Origin: Chiloscyllium plagiosum
Taxonomy: Eukaryota
Assembly (NCBI RefSeq): GCF_004010195.1
Contig: NC_057720.1
Span: 30,500,927-30,564,926 of the forward strand
Direction: 5' to 3'
DNA: 64,000 nucleotides
Shown here: positions 1-13,405 of the stretch, piece after piece
Layout: each line of letters begins with the position of its first letter
Numbering within the stretch: the first letter of the stretch is position 1
Translations under genes and position numbers: made by a program
The notes under the pieces: generated by a model
Told to the model about the DNA's origin: nothing
What the model saw: the letters and a program-made list of their open reading frames with translations, nothing else
Databases searched by the model: none

Positions 1-202
1 AACACTATGGGCAATTTAGCATGGCCAATTCACCTAACCTCCACATCTTTGGATTGTGGGAGGAAACCGGAGCACCCAGAGAAAACCATGCGGACACAGG
101 GAGAATGTGCAAACTCCACACAGTCACCTGAAGCTGGAATCAAACCCAGGTCCGTGGTGCTGTGAGGCTGTAGTGCTAACCACTGAGCCACCATGCCACC
201 CC
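1..202 (-). mobile_element. HE1 SINE, partial at window edge
   Basis: Similarity to the other HE1 copies. Confidence 0.85.
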
Positions 203-1064
203 AAAGCTAGGCTTTCTTGATCTGCTCATTTGTTTTTTAAATCACAATTTGCATTCGTATCTTGCCCAACAGTCTTGCCTTTGGTATTTATAAAAGAGAT
301 GGATTGAACAGTTTACTTCACAATCTTGCTGCATGTAAAATGGATCCTGTGTTTGCCTGCAGTTCAACAATCTCTGCACATTGAACTGATTCACTCATGA
401 CAAGATTTGAGATATTTCTGAGAAGTGATATGATGCTACATAAATTCAAAGGCATTTTAGTTCTTTTCAAAGGCATTTTAGTTCTTCTGCATGTGTGGAG
501 CAGAACACCCACCGCAGCAAAAAATGCTGGCGGAAGAAGTATTCATTAAATTCAAGTAAGACTGTTCCACAAAATTAAAAGTTTGTGTTTTATATTAAAA
601 TTATAGCTTGCAATAATTATAAATTTGTTAATTATAGATCTGAGAGCGCCGAAGGCAGTCATGTCAAAGCCAGCTTTTTGAAAAAGCTGTCAGACAAGTC
701 CCATTTTACTATTGTTCTGCACTTCATAGCTCTCTTGTCCATTTTCACAAAACTATGCATTTCACCATGATGGCATGGTCACCTACAATTCCACGATATT
801 CATGCAATCTACTTGCAGCTTCATCCTGTTCAAAAGACACAACCAGCACTCATGTTTATACAAAACCAATGCAAAGAGCAGGGAATTCCAGCCTTGCTCT
901 TTCACTAGAGTTGGACTTGTGACAAAGTAGAACCCTACAAATGAACTCTGGGGAATTTCCACTGCACAACAAATTCAAATGCCTGGCAGAAACGGATATC
1001 TCAGTGGAATTTTATTTGATTCTGAGTTGTGTGGGCTATGGCAAGATTTCTGGCAAGCTATCTA

Positions 1065-1332
1065 TAGGGGAGGCAATAGTCTAGTGGTATTATTGCTGGA
1101 ATGTTAATGCAGAGATACAAGTAATTCTGGGGACTTGGGCTCAAATCCCACCATTGCTGATGGTGGAATTTGAATTCATTAGGAAAAATATCTGGAATTA
1201 AGAATCTAACAATGACCATGAGTCAGTTGTGAGGAAAAATCCAACTAGTTCACTTTAGGGAAGGAAACTACCATCCTTACCTGGTCTGGCCTACATGTGA
1301 CTCCAGACCCACAGCAATGTGGTGGTTGACTC
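1065..1332 (+). mobile_element. Unclassified SINE (related copy at about 59900-60185 on -)
   Basis: tRNA-like head and a ctacatgtgactccagaccca.agcaatgtggtt tail shared between the two copies. Confidence 0.55.
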
Positions 1333-1334
1333 AT

Positions 1335-3210
1335 GGAGAGGAATTTGTTAAGTGTGTACAAGACAATTTTCTGAGTCAGTATGCGGATGTACCTACTAGA
1401 GAAGGTGCAAAACTTGACTTACTCTTGGGAAATAAAGCAGGGCAGGTGACTGAGATGTCAGTGGGGGAGCACTTTGGGGTCAGTGACCATATTTCTATTA
1501 GATTTAAAATAATGATGGAAAAGGATAGACCAGATCTAAAAGTTGAATTTCTAAATTGGAGAAAGGCCAATTTTGACGGTATTAGGCAAGAACTTTCGAA
1601 AGCTGATTGGAGGCAGATGTTCGCAGGTAAAGGGACAGCTGGAAAATGGAAAGCCTTCAGAAATGAGATAACAAGAATCCAGAGAAAGTATATTCCTGTT
1701 AGGGTGAAAGGGAAGGCTGGTAGGTATAGAGAATGCTGGATGACTAAAGAAATTGAGGGTTTGGTTAAGAAAAAGACGGAAGCATATGTCAGGTATAGAC
1801 AGGATAGATNNNNNNNNNNNNNNNNNNNNNNNNNNNNNNNNNNNNNNNNNNNNNNNNNNNNNNNNNNNNNNNNNNNNNNNNNNNNNNNNNNNNNNNNNNN
1901 NNNNNNNNNNNNNNNNNNNNNNNNNNNNNNNNNNNNNNNNNNNNNNNNNNNNNNNNNNNNNNNNNNNNNNNNNNNNNNNNNNNNNNNNNNNNNNNNNNNN
2001 NNNNNNNNNNNNNNNNNNNNNNNNNNNNNNNNNNNNNNNNNNNNNNNNNNNNNNNNNNNNNNNNNNNNNNNNNNNNNNNNNNNNNNNNNNNNNNNNNNNN
2101 NNNNNNNNNNNNNNNNNNNNNNNNNNNNNNNNNNNNNNNNNNNNNNNNNNNNNNNNNNNNNNNNNNNNNNNNNNNNNNNNNNNNNNNNNNNNNNNNNNNN
2201 NNNNNNNNNNNNNNNNNNNNNNNNNNNNNNNNNNNNNNNNNNNNNNNNNNNNNNNNNNNNNNNNNNNNNNNNNNNNNNNNNNNNNNNNNNNNNNNNNNNN
2301 NNNNNNNNNNNNNNNNNNNNNNNNNNNNNNNNNNNNNNNNNNNNNNNNNNNNNNNNNNNNNNNNNNNNNNGTATCATCGATAGTCACAGGTGAGGTGCTG
2401 GAAGTCTGGAGGTTGGCTAACGTGGTGCCACTGTTTAAAAAGGGCAGTAATGACAAGCCAGGGAACTATAGACTGGTGAGCCTGACCTCGGTGGTGGACA
2501 AGTTGTTGGAGGCAATCTTGAGGGACAGGATGTACATGTATTTGGAAAGGCAAGGACTGATTAGGGATAGTCAACATGGCTTTGTGCATGTGAAATCATG
2601 TTTATTGGTCAGAGTATTGAGTACAGGAGTTGGGAGGTCATGTTACGGCTGTACAGGGCATTGGTTAGGCCACTGTTGGAATATTGCATGCAATTCTGGT
2701 CTCCTTCCTATCGGAAAGATGTTGTGAAACTTGAAAGGGTTCAGAAAGGATTGACAAGGATGTTGTCAGGGTTGGAGGATTTGAGTTACAGGGAGAGGCT
2801 GTACAGGCTGGGGCTGTTTTCCCTGGAGCGTTGGAGGCTGAGGGGTGACCTTACAGAGGTTTACAAAATTATGAGGGGCATGGATAGGATAAATAGACAA
2901 AGTCTTTTCCCTGGGGTCGGGGAGTCCAGAACTAGAGGGCATACGTTTAGGGTGGGAGGGGAAAATATAAAAGAGACCTAAGGGACAACATTTTCACGCA
3001 GAGGGTGGTACGTATATGGAATGAGCTGCCAGAGGATGTGGTGGAGGCTGGTACAATTGCAACATTTAAGAGGCATTTGGATGGGTATATGAATAGGAAG
3101 GGTTTGGAGGGATATGGGCCGGGTGCTGGCAGATAGGACTAGATTGGGTTGGGATATCTGGTTGGCATGGACAGGTTGGACCGAAGGCTGTACATCTCTA
3201 TGACTCTGTG
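1335..3210 (+). mobile_element. CR1/HER1 LINE ORF2 fragment with 3' tail (gap 1810-2370, internal deletion near 2600)
   Basis: PTREGAKLDLLL..SDH (APE C-terminus), [38 protein letters not shown] motifs. Confidence 0.9.
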
Positions 3211-3513
3211 ACATATTTTGTTCGATACTGGGCCTGCAGTGAAATGATGGAGAAATGCCAACATTATAGAATAGTTATAATGGGAGACATAATTACCCAA
3301 ATACAGGCTGGCATTCTGGTAGTGTAAGGGGGGACAAGGGGCAAAGTGTCCCTACATTGTGTTCAGGACTGCAATATTTGTCCAGCTGAACAAGAAAGGT
3401 TGGACCTGATCCATGGAAATAAGAAAGGTCAAGTGGATTGAGTGTTCATGGTGGAATATTTAGGAATCACTAGTCATTGGTTCAGAATGATGGTGCAGAC
3501 TGATATGCAGCAA

Positions 3514-3629
3514 TGATTCGGAGATGCCAGTGTTGGACTGGGGTGTACAAAGTTAAAAATCTTCTGTAAAACTAGTGTGCTTCCAATTAAACCTGTTGGA
3601 CTATAACCTGGTGTTGTGTGACTTTTAAC
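3514..3629 (-). mobile_element. Short inverted insertion of the second PLE family
   Basis: 12-bp TSD gatatgcagcaa (3502-3513, 3630-3641). Confidence 0.8.
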
Positions 3630-4077
3630 GATATGCAGCAAGTTAGAGCAAGAAAATCGATCTGTGGACAATTGACTTCAATGGGACAATAACAAAGTTG
3701 GGTAGGATTGATTGGAACAATGGGCTACATTTCAAGAGTAGATGGTTCAGATATAGTTGATGTATTTCCCTCAAATGGGAAATGTAGGAAAAACAAATCC
3801 AAAATTCCCTGGATGGCAAAGGAGGTAGATACTGACTATAGAAACTAAAAGGTGTACTTACAAAAGGTGTAAAGCAGAAAATACAATTGACAACCCAGAG
3901 GTATGACAAAAGTTTAGAGAGAAGGTGAAAAAGCAAATAAGAAAAGAAAAAACAGGAATTATGTTAAATGATTAATGGGTAAAATAATCCCAAAGTCTTC
4001 TTTAACCATATAAATATAAAAAAATGTGGTTAAAGGAGGTGTAGGGCCAATTAAAGATCAAAAGTGGATTTGAACAT

Positions 4078-4398
4078 AGAAAATCCTTACAATGTGGAAT
4101 CAGGCCATTCAGCCCATTGAGTTCACACTCACCATCTGAACAGCATCTCAACCTGACCCACCTCTCTACTTTACATTTCTTGTAGCTAATCCATCACCTG
4201 CATATCCTGGACACTATGGGGGCAATTTAGCATGGCCAATCACTTAACCTGGACATCTTTGGACTGTGGGAGAAAACAGGAACATCCATAGGAAACCCAT
4301 GCAGACACAGGGAGAACATGCAAGCACCACAGCTTCATCTGAAAGTGGCATTAAACACAGGTCACTGGTGCTGTGAGACAACACTGAGCCACCGTGCA
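4078..4398 (-). mobile_element. HE1 SINE, diverged
   Basis: Similarity to the other HE1 copies. Confidence 0.8.
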
Positions 4399-5325
4399 TT
4401 CAATATGAAGGTAGGAGGCATGGCAGAGGTGTTCAGTGAATACTTTACATCTGTCATTTGGTAAGAAATAAGTGAGACACCCTTTAAAAAACTTCACACA
4501 ACTTGTACTTAGCCTAAAAGATTCAGTCCAACTATTTTGAATCTGTTAAATTCATCAAAAGTTCAATTAGGTGCCATCCATTAAGTTATTGATTTTAATA
4601 ACTTTAAGGGCTCTTGTGGTAGTAACCCAACCTCTGAGCAGGAGGCCTGGGGTTGCCATCCCACTGGAGGTCCAGACTGATTTAAAGACTACCAACTTCT
4701 CAAACAACAGCTTCAATTCCCTTCCTTTCATTTGTTCATGCTATGAACTGAAACAAATTTCCTGTGCATGTTTTACTCCCTGGAGTCTGGTCTAAGGTCA
4801 CAAATTAATTAGACAACAAAAATAAATTTAGTGATTCGGGGATATATGTTCCTACGCTACAATCCAGGTTGTATATTCCATCTAAAGTTTTATCACCAAT
4901 CCTTGTTTGTATTGCTAGCAGTTTATTTTGATGAGGCATTACAATTGCAGCGCAACCATCTGCTGTTCGGGCTTTATCAATAAAAACATTACATAAATGC
5001 TCTGAAGCATTCACAATCCAGTTATCCTATCCTGCTCCACAATAAGTTTAAAACAACAATAAAGAGACTGATCTTATGCTCACTGTAAGCAGCCAATCTT
5101 CTGGATGTAGAGTTTCAGACAGGTGACATAGGACAGTCAACGAGATTTTATAGCAAAGAAAGAGGCCCTCAGATGCATTATCTGCACACTGGTCAAACAT
5201 CCATCCATTCTAATCCCATTTTCCAGCATTTAGCCCATAGCCTTGTCTATTTTAAAAACTCTTTTTTAATTGAATTACATTTTTTGTTTCAGATGTGCAG
5301 AAATCAAAAGAGAGCTAATCTTCAA

Positions 5326-5722
5326 TCACTGAAGCCAGTCATATACTGTAGTGATCTCAGCTTCAATATATTTCACAGTGCTCACATGCTTTTCTGTGCT
5401 ATGACAAAAGATATCCAACAAGGCTTTGAGATTCCCAACTTGAGGAGTTTGACTTATGGGAAACTCTGAAACTTCTGACACAACATTCATTAGTTCAATC
5501 TCAGTTGTTTGGTCAGTGCCAAGTTTCTCTTTTTCTGCTTCTTTCTGAGGCTGACATTGAGAAATAAACCTTTTCATCTCCTTCACTGTGTCTCGACTGG
5601 AATCCAGTTCATGGCTCAAGTAGTAGTCAGCTAGGTCAAGAAAGCAAGTTGAAATAAAAACAGCTCCCCTCCAGAAGCATAGAATCCATTGTTGTAGTCT
5701 CCTGTAATGTCCATCAGTAACC
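5326..5722 (-). pseudogene. SLC16 paralog pseudogene, exon 4 homolog
   Basis: Acceptor ttcttgcag; GLLMDITGDYNNGFYASGGELF aligns to exon 4 of the intact gene. Two extra T in the run at 5656-5660 shift the frame to a TAG at 5631-5633; the homologous frame resumes (LADYYLSHE...TVKEMKRFISQCQP). Confidence 0.88.
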
Positions 5723-6562
5723 CTGCAAGAACAGAGAAACCCACACAGTCACTTCTAACTAGAAATAAACCATTTTTGTTTGTTTTAATGAGTCAATCAT
5801 GGAATGACATAGTGTTTACATGTTCTGATCTCATTTGCAATTGCAACTCCTTTAAATGGAGTCCTCTCATGAATAAACTCTCAATCCAACAACAAAATTA
5901 TGGTGATATATCATGGCAAGGAGGAATTCTTGACTGTTGAACAATTGTTAAAGACTACCTTGGTGGTGGTGGTCAGGGCAAGGAGGATTTGGAAGTCGGG
6001 AGCAAGACCTCATTAGCATCAGGTTATTTCCAAGGTGACAATCCTGAAAATGGTGGACTCCAACCAAGTCGACAGCCTGTGAAAAACTTTTTTGTTGTAA
6101 ATTTCACTGACGATTCTGTTGTTTGTCATCCGTAATTTCAGCTGAAGACATAGATACCCTGAAAAATTGTGTTTAATCCATTTACTTTCTTCTTTTTCCC
6201 ATGATGCTACTGATCTTTCCTCATTACTACAGCTACAAAACTGCATGTACCTGACAATGTAGAACATTTCCAAACGTGGCGTTGTTCAAAAAAGCAAGAT
6301 AAATTCTTCTTGGCCGATTACCATCCTATCAGTCCACTCTGAATCATCAGTAAAGAGATGGACGGGGTTAGTGCTGCTGAAGCCACTTAGCTCAAGAGAT
6401 CATTATAGCCTTGGATCAAATATGGACAGGAGAACTGTCCTGCAGAGCTGAGGAAAAATTCTGGAACTCACTGTCTGTAAGGATGGTAGAGGCAGAAATC
6501 CTCATAACATTTGAAATGTATTTAGATGTGTACTTCCGATGCCAAGGTGTACAACAATATGG

Positions 6563-6768
6563 AGGAGAAAGTGAGGTCTGCAGATGCTGGAGATCAAAGT
6601 TGAAACTTTATTGCTGGAACAGCACAGCAGGTCAGGCAGCATCCAGGGAACAGGAGATTCGACGTTTCGGGCACAGGCCTGAAGAAGGGCCTGTGCCCGA
6701 AACGTCGAATCTCCTGTTCCCTGGATGCTGCCTGACCTGCTGTGCTGTTCCAGCAATAAAGTTTCAAC
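6563..6768 (-). mobile_element. Short PLE-derived fold-back insertion
   Basis: Perfect 81-bp inverted arms (6599-6679 and 6688-6768). 14-bp TSD gtacaacaatatgg (6549-6562, 6769-6782), inside an old CR1 fragment. Confidence 0.88.
6679..6710 (+). ncRNA. Hammerhead core at the apex of the 81-bp hairpin
   Basis: CTGAAGA-A-GGGC-ctgt-GCCC-GAAA-CGTC-gaat; the 5' strand of stem I is lost at the inversion point. Confidence 0.55.
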
Positions 6769-7547
6769 GTACAACAATATGGGCCAAGTGTTAGAAAATA
6801 GATTAGAATAGTTTTATGGTTGTTTTTGCCATTGCAGACTGAATGGGTTGAGGGCATTTTCCTGTGTCATTGACCACAGTAGCTCTAAACTGGGGCTCTT
6901 TCCCCTGCAGAAGTGAATGCGGAAGGGAAACTTGATCGAAATTTAAAAATCATGAACACCTGAACAGAGGAGAAAGGGAGAAATTGTCCCCATGTGTAAA
7001 AGGATACAGAAGCTGGGCACAGTTTTAAAGTGTTTTGCATAAAAAGCAACTTTGACGTTGGAAAAAAACATTTTCACACCGTGTGTGGTCCGATTTGGAA
7101 TATACTGCCCAGAGTGTGGTGGAGGCAAGTTCAATTTAAGTACTCAAATGGGTATTAAATGATAATTAAAATAGCAACAATGTGCAGGGTACTGGGGAAA
7201 ATGCAAGAGTTCACACTAACTTGAAATGCTCAGAAGGGTGGTGCCGACATGATTTGCCAAATGGCCTTCCTCTCCACCATAACAATTCTGCTATTCTGTG
7301 ATTCAACTAATGCAACAGTTTTGATGTTACACTACAATAAACACAATCATCAGTAACAATTATTTTAAAAAATCAATTAATAATCTAGCAAGAGTCACAG
7401 TCACACAGCCTAATACTTGACATCTCTTTAAATGTGTTGGACTCCTATCAATTATTGAAGGAGAATCAATTAACAGAAACAATTTGGACTGTGTCCTGGG
7501 ACATACAACCGTACCACTCCTTGGTACTTCTTTAATCCACTGCAACA

Positions 7548-7935
7548 TAGCCTTGCTTCACTTGGTAGCACTTGCACAGAGTTAAAGGATTGTGGGTTCA
7601 AGTCCCACTCCTGAGATTTGGGCACAAACAGCTAGGCTAACGCTTAAGTACAATGCTGAGGGAGTGCTGCGCTCAAGAAGGTGTTATCTTTCAGATAAGA
7701 AAATAAGACGAGGCATTGTTTGCTTTCTCTCAGGTGGATTTAAAGAATCCCATGCCATTTTTTTTAAAAAGTAGAACGGGAAAGTTATCCCAAGGGTATT
7801 GCCCAATGTATGTCTCAATGAACATGATTAATAAAAAACATCTGATCTGGCCATTAGCCCACTTCTGTGTGTAGGACATTGCTGTATGCAAACTAACTTC
7901 TGTATTTCTTCATACTACATTTCAAAGTTACGTCA
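7548..7935 (+). mobile_element. Ancient Deu-domain SINE (SacSINE1/AmnSINE1-like)
   Basis: tRNA-like head (gggttcaagtcccac), then tgctgagggagtgctgc...tctttcagataaga...gtggatttaaagaatcccatg, resembling the DeuSINE core as I recall it. Confidence 0.65.
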
Positions 7936-9518
7936 ATGCCTACAGGGAAGATTTGATTTGTTGTGAAGTGCATTTGAATAGTTTTTAATTGGAAGTTTTT
8001 TTTAAAAGAGGTAGAAAATGAATGAAGCAAAAGGCTGTGATTGTTCGAGATAAATAACATTGTAAATTACAAAGCCAACCTTTCGTCAATCTACTTAATC
8101 ACTTAAAGATAGAAATCACATTATCTTAAATACAATAAAAATCTTTATTATTATTTTAAATTTTTTAAATGTCAAACTCAGTATTCCCCAGCTTATTGTC
8201 AGTACATATTAAAGCTAAGCAATACTTGTTCTTTAAATACAAAAGGAACAGCCATCTCTCATTTAATTTAAAATTATAATTCTATGGAAATGAATTTAAC
8301 AATATTTTATGGTAACCAAAGAGGTCCCAGAATTATCCGGCTCTGCAATCCTCATGAGGTTACTTTCTTTCTGTTGAAATATCCACATTTATGAATTGAA
8401 CATGTTCAGGAATGTTAAAGCCCCTCTAAGATAGGGCAGAGAGCTCATGATTTACATAGGATTATGTATTGTCTGTGGACAAATGTTTCACTCTAAAACC
8501 TGATGAGCACATACATTTCCAACATGCTCCTGCTGACTTGGTGATAGATCAAAGATATCTGTCTGCTTACTAACCATGTCCATTTGTCATTGTTATTTTT
8601 CCCAAAGAGAAAATTAATTTTAAATTTAATAATCAGCTTCTTAATCAGCATTTCATTTTGTGCCCAATACCATGACTGATACTGAGTTTTGTTCTATGCA
8701 ATAACATATCAATAGCACTGATGCGATCTTACTCTAGAATGGGCTCAGGTCCTACCATGAAATTTTATGCATCTCAGATATAATGCAGCCTGTTCTTCAG
8801 TCATATATAATAAAAGTAATCTGTATCAAGACCAAGCCTATCTTCTTCTTAAGAGGTTGTGTGGATATCCTTGGTTTCAGTAACACAGACTGACATCCAT
8901 TAGAAGGATTCATGGCAGTGAACCTACCCAAAATATCTCAAATGCCTCTGACGGGCATCACTGGCCCAAACAGGATGGTGGCAGCATATGGGACAACAAC
9001 TTAAAGTAATTTCCTTTCACTGTACTGAGATACTAAGAGTTTAACAGGTAAATAATCTGAGCCAGTCTCACTAGTCTCAAAACTGTGATTCAGTGGCTAG
9101 CACTGCTGCCTCACAGCGCCAGGGACCCGGGATCTATTCGAGCCTCGGATGACTGCCTGTGGAGTTTGCACTTTCCCCCCATCTCTGCGTAGGTTTCCTC
9201 TGGGTGCTCCAGTTTCCTCTCGCACACCGAGGAAATAATCCCCCTAAGTTAGCATTTATTTCAAATATATTTACTTCAAGGAAAAGACAGAGAGATGTGG
9301 AAAGAACAGGAGAGGAAAGAAAGGAAAATGGCACAGGCACACAAACCCTCAGAGGTGTCACAAAATACTTCGGATAAAATTAACTATTAAGGCCAGTGAT
9401 TAAGTCGATAAATGTTTTCTGGCTACTTCCTTTAAAATTAAAGAGGAGAAGCAATGACTGGGTTAACAGTTTAATTCTATCATTGTGTTGCTGACTGAAT
9501 TTGACACTATCAGCCTAG

Positions 9519-9787
9519 TCATAGAATCGTAGAGTCCCTACAGTGCAGAATGAGGCCATTCGGCCCACCAAGTCCAAACCAACTTCCAAAGAACGTCCTG
9601 CCCAGACCCTAGCCCTGCATCCCTCACTTCCCATGGCCAATCCACCTAACCTGAAATCTTTGGACTGTGGGAGGGAATCAGAGACACAGGGAGAACATGC
9701 AAACTCTACAGAGACAGTCAACCAAGGATGGAATTGAACTGGGTCCCTGGTGCCGTCAGCCAGCAATGTTAAGATCTGAGCCACTAT
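9519..9787 (-). mobile_element. HE1 SINE, diverged (further fragments at 9090-9220 and 10998-11168 on +)
   Basis: Similarity to the other HE1 copies. Confidence 0.8.
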
Positions 9788-11262
9788 ACTTAAGTTTAAG
9801 TTACTCTGTGACATTTCTTTTCACAAACTAAGATGATAAAGCATTGTATAATGCAGTAACATCAAATAATTAACTCTGATAGATCTAATTGTTTCAGAGT
9901 GTTTTATATTCCACCTCCCTTCTTTTCCTCTCTTGTTCTTTTGAAGAAGAGCAGTAGGGTCTTGATAAAGAGGGTCACTCAATCAATCAAATCACTAAAA
10001 CGATTAACCAGTTATTATGACATTAATGTTTGTAGGAGATTGGCAAATCCAAATTTGCTGCTTTGTTCCATTACGCCAGGAGTAACTACTTCAAAAATGC
10101 TCCACTGTTTGTTTTTATTGTGCTTATAAGTACCTTTCACGACTGCAGAATGTCCCAAAGCATTTTATAGACAATGCTGCAATAGACTTGCACTTATATG
10201 GAATCAAGATCCTGTAGGTTTTGGAAATCTGAAAAAGACAGAAATCCCTTTCCACTGCAAAGAAGTCTCACATGATGCAATTAATATATTTCTCTCTCCA
10301 CAGATGCTGCCAGACCTGTTAAGCAATTGAGGCATTTCTGTCTTTTATTTCAGATTTCAAAAACCCATAGGATCTTGATTCCATATATGTACAGGTCTAT
10401 TTAATTGAATTTAAATTCTGCAACTGCTGTGGTAGAATTAATTTTTGTCAGTAGACTACTAGATCCGGGCTCTATCGGACTCGTACTGATATAACCATTA
10501 CATTACAATTCCCATTTTCCTAAATAGTGATTTAAATAAAGACTTTAAAAATAGCATTAGGTATTTTAATGCAGCTTAAACAAAGATTTATATGGTTTAT
10601 TATCAACGTTATTCTTTAAATTCTATGCATCTGTTTATAAAATAATACACTGGTTTTTAATTTGCATTAGCAGGAATGAAGTTCAATATTTTTCTTAAAT
10701 CCAACCTAACAGTCCACTATACCTGTATCACCTTCAGGTTAATTGGAGTGACCAAGGAAGTAATCTTTGATTTTGAATTATTAATTGTTGCACTACATGT
10801 AGCCAGAAGTAATGAATTCAAGTAAATGGACATAATCATAGCTACAGTGCTCTGTACTAAGCTGAAGCATTCCTAATCTTCCACCCGTCAATATCATTAA
10901 CCTGCTTGAAGATTTCAGATAGAATTGAATTATAACTACATTTTATCAGGAAAAACAAGTACCAAAACGTTTTTATAGATCAAGGAGTTCAGATGACATT
11001 GGCCATGCTAAATTGCCCATAATGTTCAGGCATCTGTAGGTTAGGTCAAATGTAGAGTAGTGGGGTGGGGGAATGGGTTTGGGTGGGATGCTCTTCAAAG
11101 CGTCGATGTGGACTTGTTGAGCTGAAGGGCCTGTTTCCACACTGCAGGGGATTCTACGATTCTATGATTGTTTTGAAATATGACAATTTAGTTTGAATTT
11201 TTCTGAATAAACAACAGAAATTCACTGTCAAGTAAATTGCATGCACCTACGAAACCTATTAC

Positions 11263-11405
11263 TTGCAAGAAAGCTTGCAGAAGATACGTCCACAACAGGC
11301 TGATGCTGAAGGATCCAAGCAGCAGTCCTAACATTAACAGAATGTCACTGATGATGATGATAAGTCTGTGTGACAGACGGAAACTGAGACCACTAGCTAT
11401 TGGAG
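11263..11405 (-). pseudogene. SLC16 paralog pseudogene, exon 2 homolog (143 nt)
   Basis: PIASGLSFRLSHRLIIIISDILLMLGLLLGSFSISLLWTYL aligns to 34505-34648. AG/GT retained but 1 nt shorter (frameshift near the 3' end). Confidence 0.88.
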
Positions 11406-11689
11406 CTACAGGAATAATAATGAAATTATACAGCCATATTTATTCTCATCTCAGTCACTCTTGTATATAAATATTAAATTTGAATGAAGTCAGTTTAGTA
11501 TAACTAGATTGAACGATTAAATTGTTGTGAATTCACAGAATTGCAGAATTAGTGGCTAATAAAACATTGGAACATGATGTAACTATCATGCAATTTTCAT
11601 TATTTTGGCTGTTGGGTCTTGCTGAAGCTTTTCTCCATATTATTAATCTTATTCTTCCATTCATTCTCCATCTGTTTTCATATCGTAAA

Positions 11690-12790
11690 GCATATAAGAA
11701 CTAAGTGCAGGAGTAGGCAATTCAGCCCCTTGAGACTGGTCTGCCATTTAGTACAATTATAGCTGAACTGATCTTGACCTCAACTCCACTTTCCTGCCTA
11801 CTCTTCACAATCCTTCAATTCATTACAAATTAATAATTTATCTCCTCCTTAAATTTACTCAATGTGCCAGTATCCATCACACTCTGGGTAATGAATTCCA
11901 CAGATTCACAATCCTTTCAGAGAAGTAACTTCTCCTCATCTGCATCCAAAGCATTAATATAGATTGTAGATGGTTGGAGCTCAAGAACTGAACCCTGTGG
12001 CACACTACTAATTGTATTTTGCCGAGCAGAAAAAGACTTGTTTATCCTGACTCTCTGTTTTCTATTGGTTAAACAATCCTTTACCTAAGCTAATAAATTA
12101 CCCCTAACTTCAAGTTATTTTAATTTATACAATAACCTTATGGGTGGCACCTTATCAAATGGCTTCTGAAAGTCCAAATATAATAGATATACAGGATCTC
12201 CATTACCGTATTTTTGTTACATCTTCAAGGAACTCTAGCAAATTAGTCAAACATGATTTATCCTTCATAAAACCATGCTGACTCTGAGGGATTGTATTTT
12301 GACTTTCCAAATGTATTGTTATTACTTCCTTAATAATGGATTCTAACAATTTCCCAACACCACATGTTAAATTAATTGCTCTGTACTCTCTGCCTCCCTC
12401 TCCACTTTGAGTAAGGGTGTCATATTAGAATATTTCCAAACCCCTGGAACTTTTCCTGCGTCTGCGGAATTTTGGAATATTCTGACCAATGGATCCACTA
12501 TCTCTGCTGCCATCAGGCCCTGGGAAGTTGTCTGCCAGAATCCCAATAGTTTGTTCAGTACTTGTACCTTAGAGATAATGGCTGCTTGAAGTGCCTCCCT
12601 CTATTGGTATCCTCCACCATTAAAACTGAAGCAAAACATTGAATTATTGCCTCACCCTTTCTCTGTAACTCCCCAATTCCATCTTCCAAGGAACCAACAT
12701 TCCCTACACTCTCTTTTTATGTACTTGTAGGAGCTTTTGCTATCTATTTTTATATTTTGTGCTAGTTTTCCTTCATAATTTCCCTTTGTT
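11690..12790 (-). mobile_element. Old CR1 LINE fragments
   Basis: Decayed RT and tail similarity to the younger CR1 copies. Confidence 0.7.
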
Positions 12791-12843
12791 TTATTAAAAC
12801 GTGCACAAGGTTTTGAGATCATGGGTATTGGATGCACAAATGT

Positions 12844-13157
12844 GGGCGGCACTGTGGCACAGTGGTTAGCACTGCTGCCTCACAGCGCCAGAGACCCGGG
12901 TTCAAATTCCCGCCTCAGGCGACTGACTGTGTGGAGTTTGCATGTTCTCCCCGTGTCTGCGTGGGTTTCCTCCGGGTGCTCCGGTTTCCTCCCACAGTCC
13001 AAAGATGTGCAGGTCAGGTGAATTGGCCATGCTAAATTGCCTGTAGTGTTAGGTAAGGGGTAAATTTCGGGGTATGGGTGGACTGCACTTCGGCGGGTCG
13101 GTGTGGACTTGTTGGGCTGAAGGGCCTGTTTTCACACTGTAATGTAATCTAATCTAA
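12844..13157 (+). mobile_element. Full-length HE1-type (V-SINE) tRNA-derived SINE
   Basis: tRNA-like head with A box (tggcacagtgg) and B box (gggttcaaatt), central gtggagtttgcatgttctccccgtgtctgcgtgggtttcctccggg domain, CR1-like tail ending in (taatc)n. Confidence 0.9.
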
Positions 13158-13405
13158 ATTCTCCATTTAGCAATTTGGAAGGAAGATTGCACAAGGAAGC
13201 AAGTGATGAGTAAAATTCTAATGACACCTCAAATGCTACAAGAGACTTGAGTATTTATTCAAACCAACACACACCCAAAATAGTAACATCATGTTCCCAT
13301 TCTTCATAACATAAGTGCCACTATAACAAGAACTTAATACACTTAGGGGTGTATGATCTAGATTTGGAAAGTTACAATACAAAAAAATCAGTGACTGAGA
13401 CTTAC

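Noticed and set aside
320..1000. Possible decayed hAT transposase-like sequence with a 21-bp tandem duplication at 445-486
   Set aside because: Only vague motif resemblance; cannot be supported without a profile search.
6599..6768. Hairpins as possible pre-miRNA, MITE or CRISPR-like repeats
   Set aside because: The arms derive from PLE terminal repeats, are not terminal to the insertion, and TSD length varies; there is no spacer array.
12844..12920. tRNA-like sequences with A and B boxes
   Set aside because: These are SINE heads continuing into HE1 bodies, not tRNA genes.
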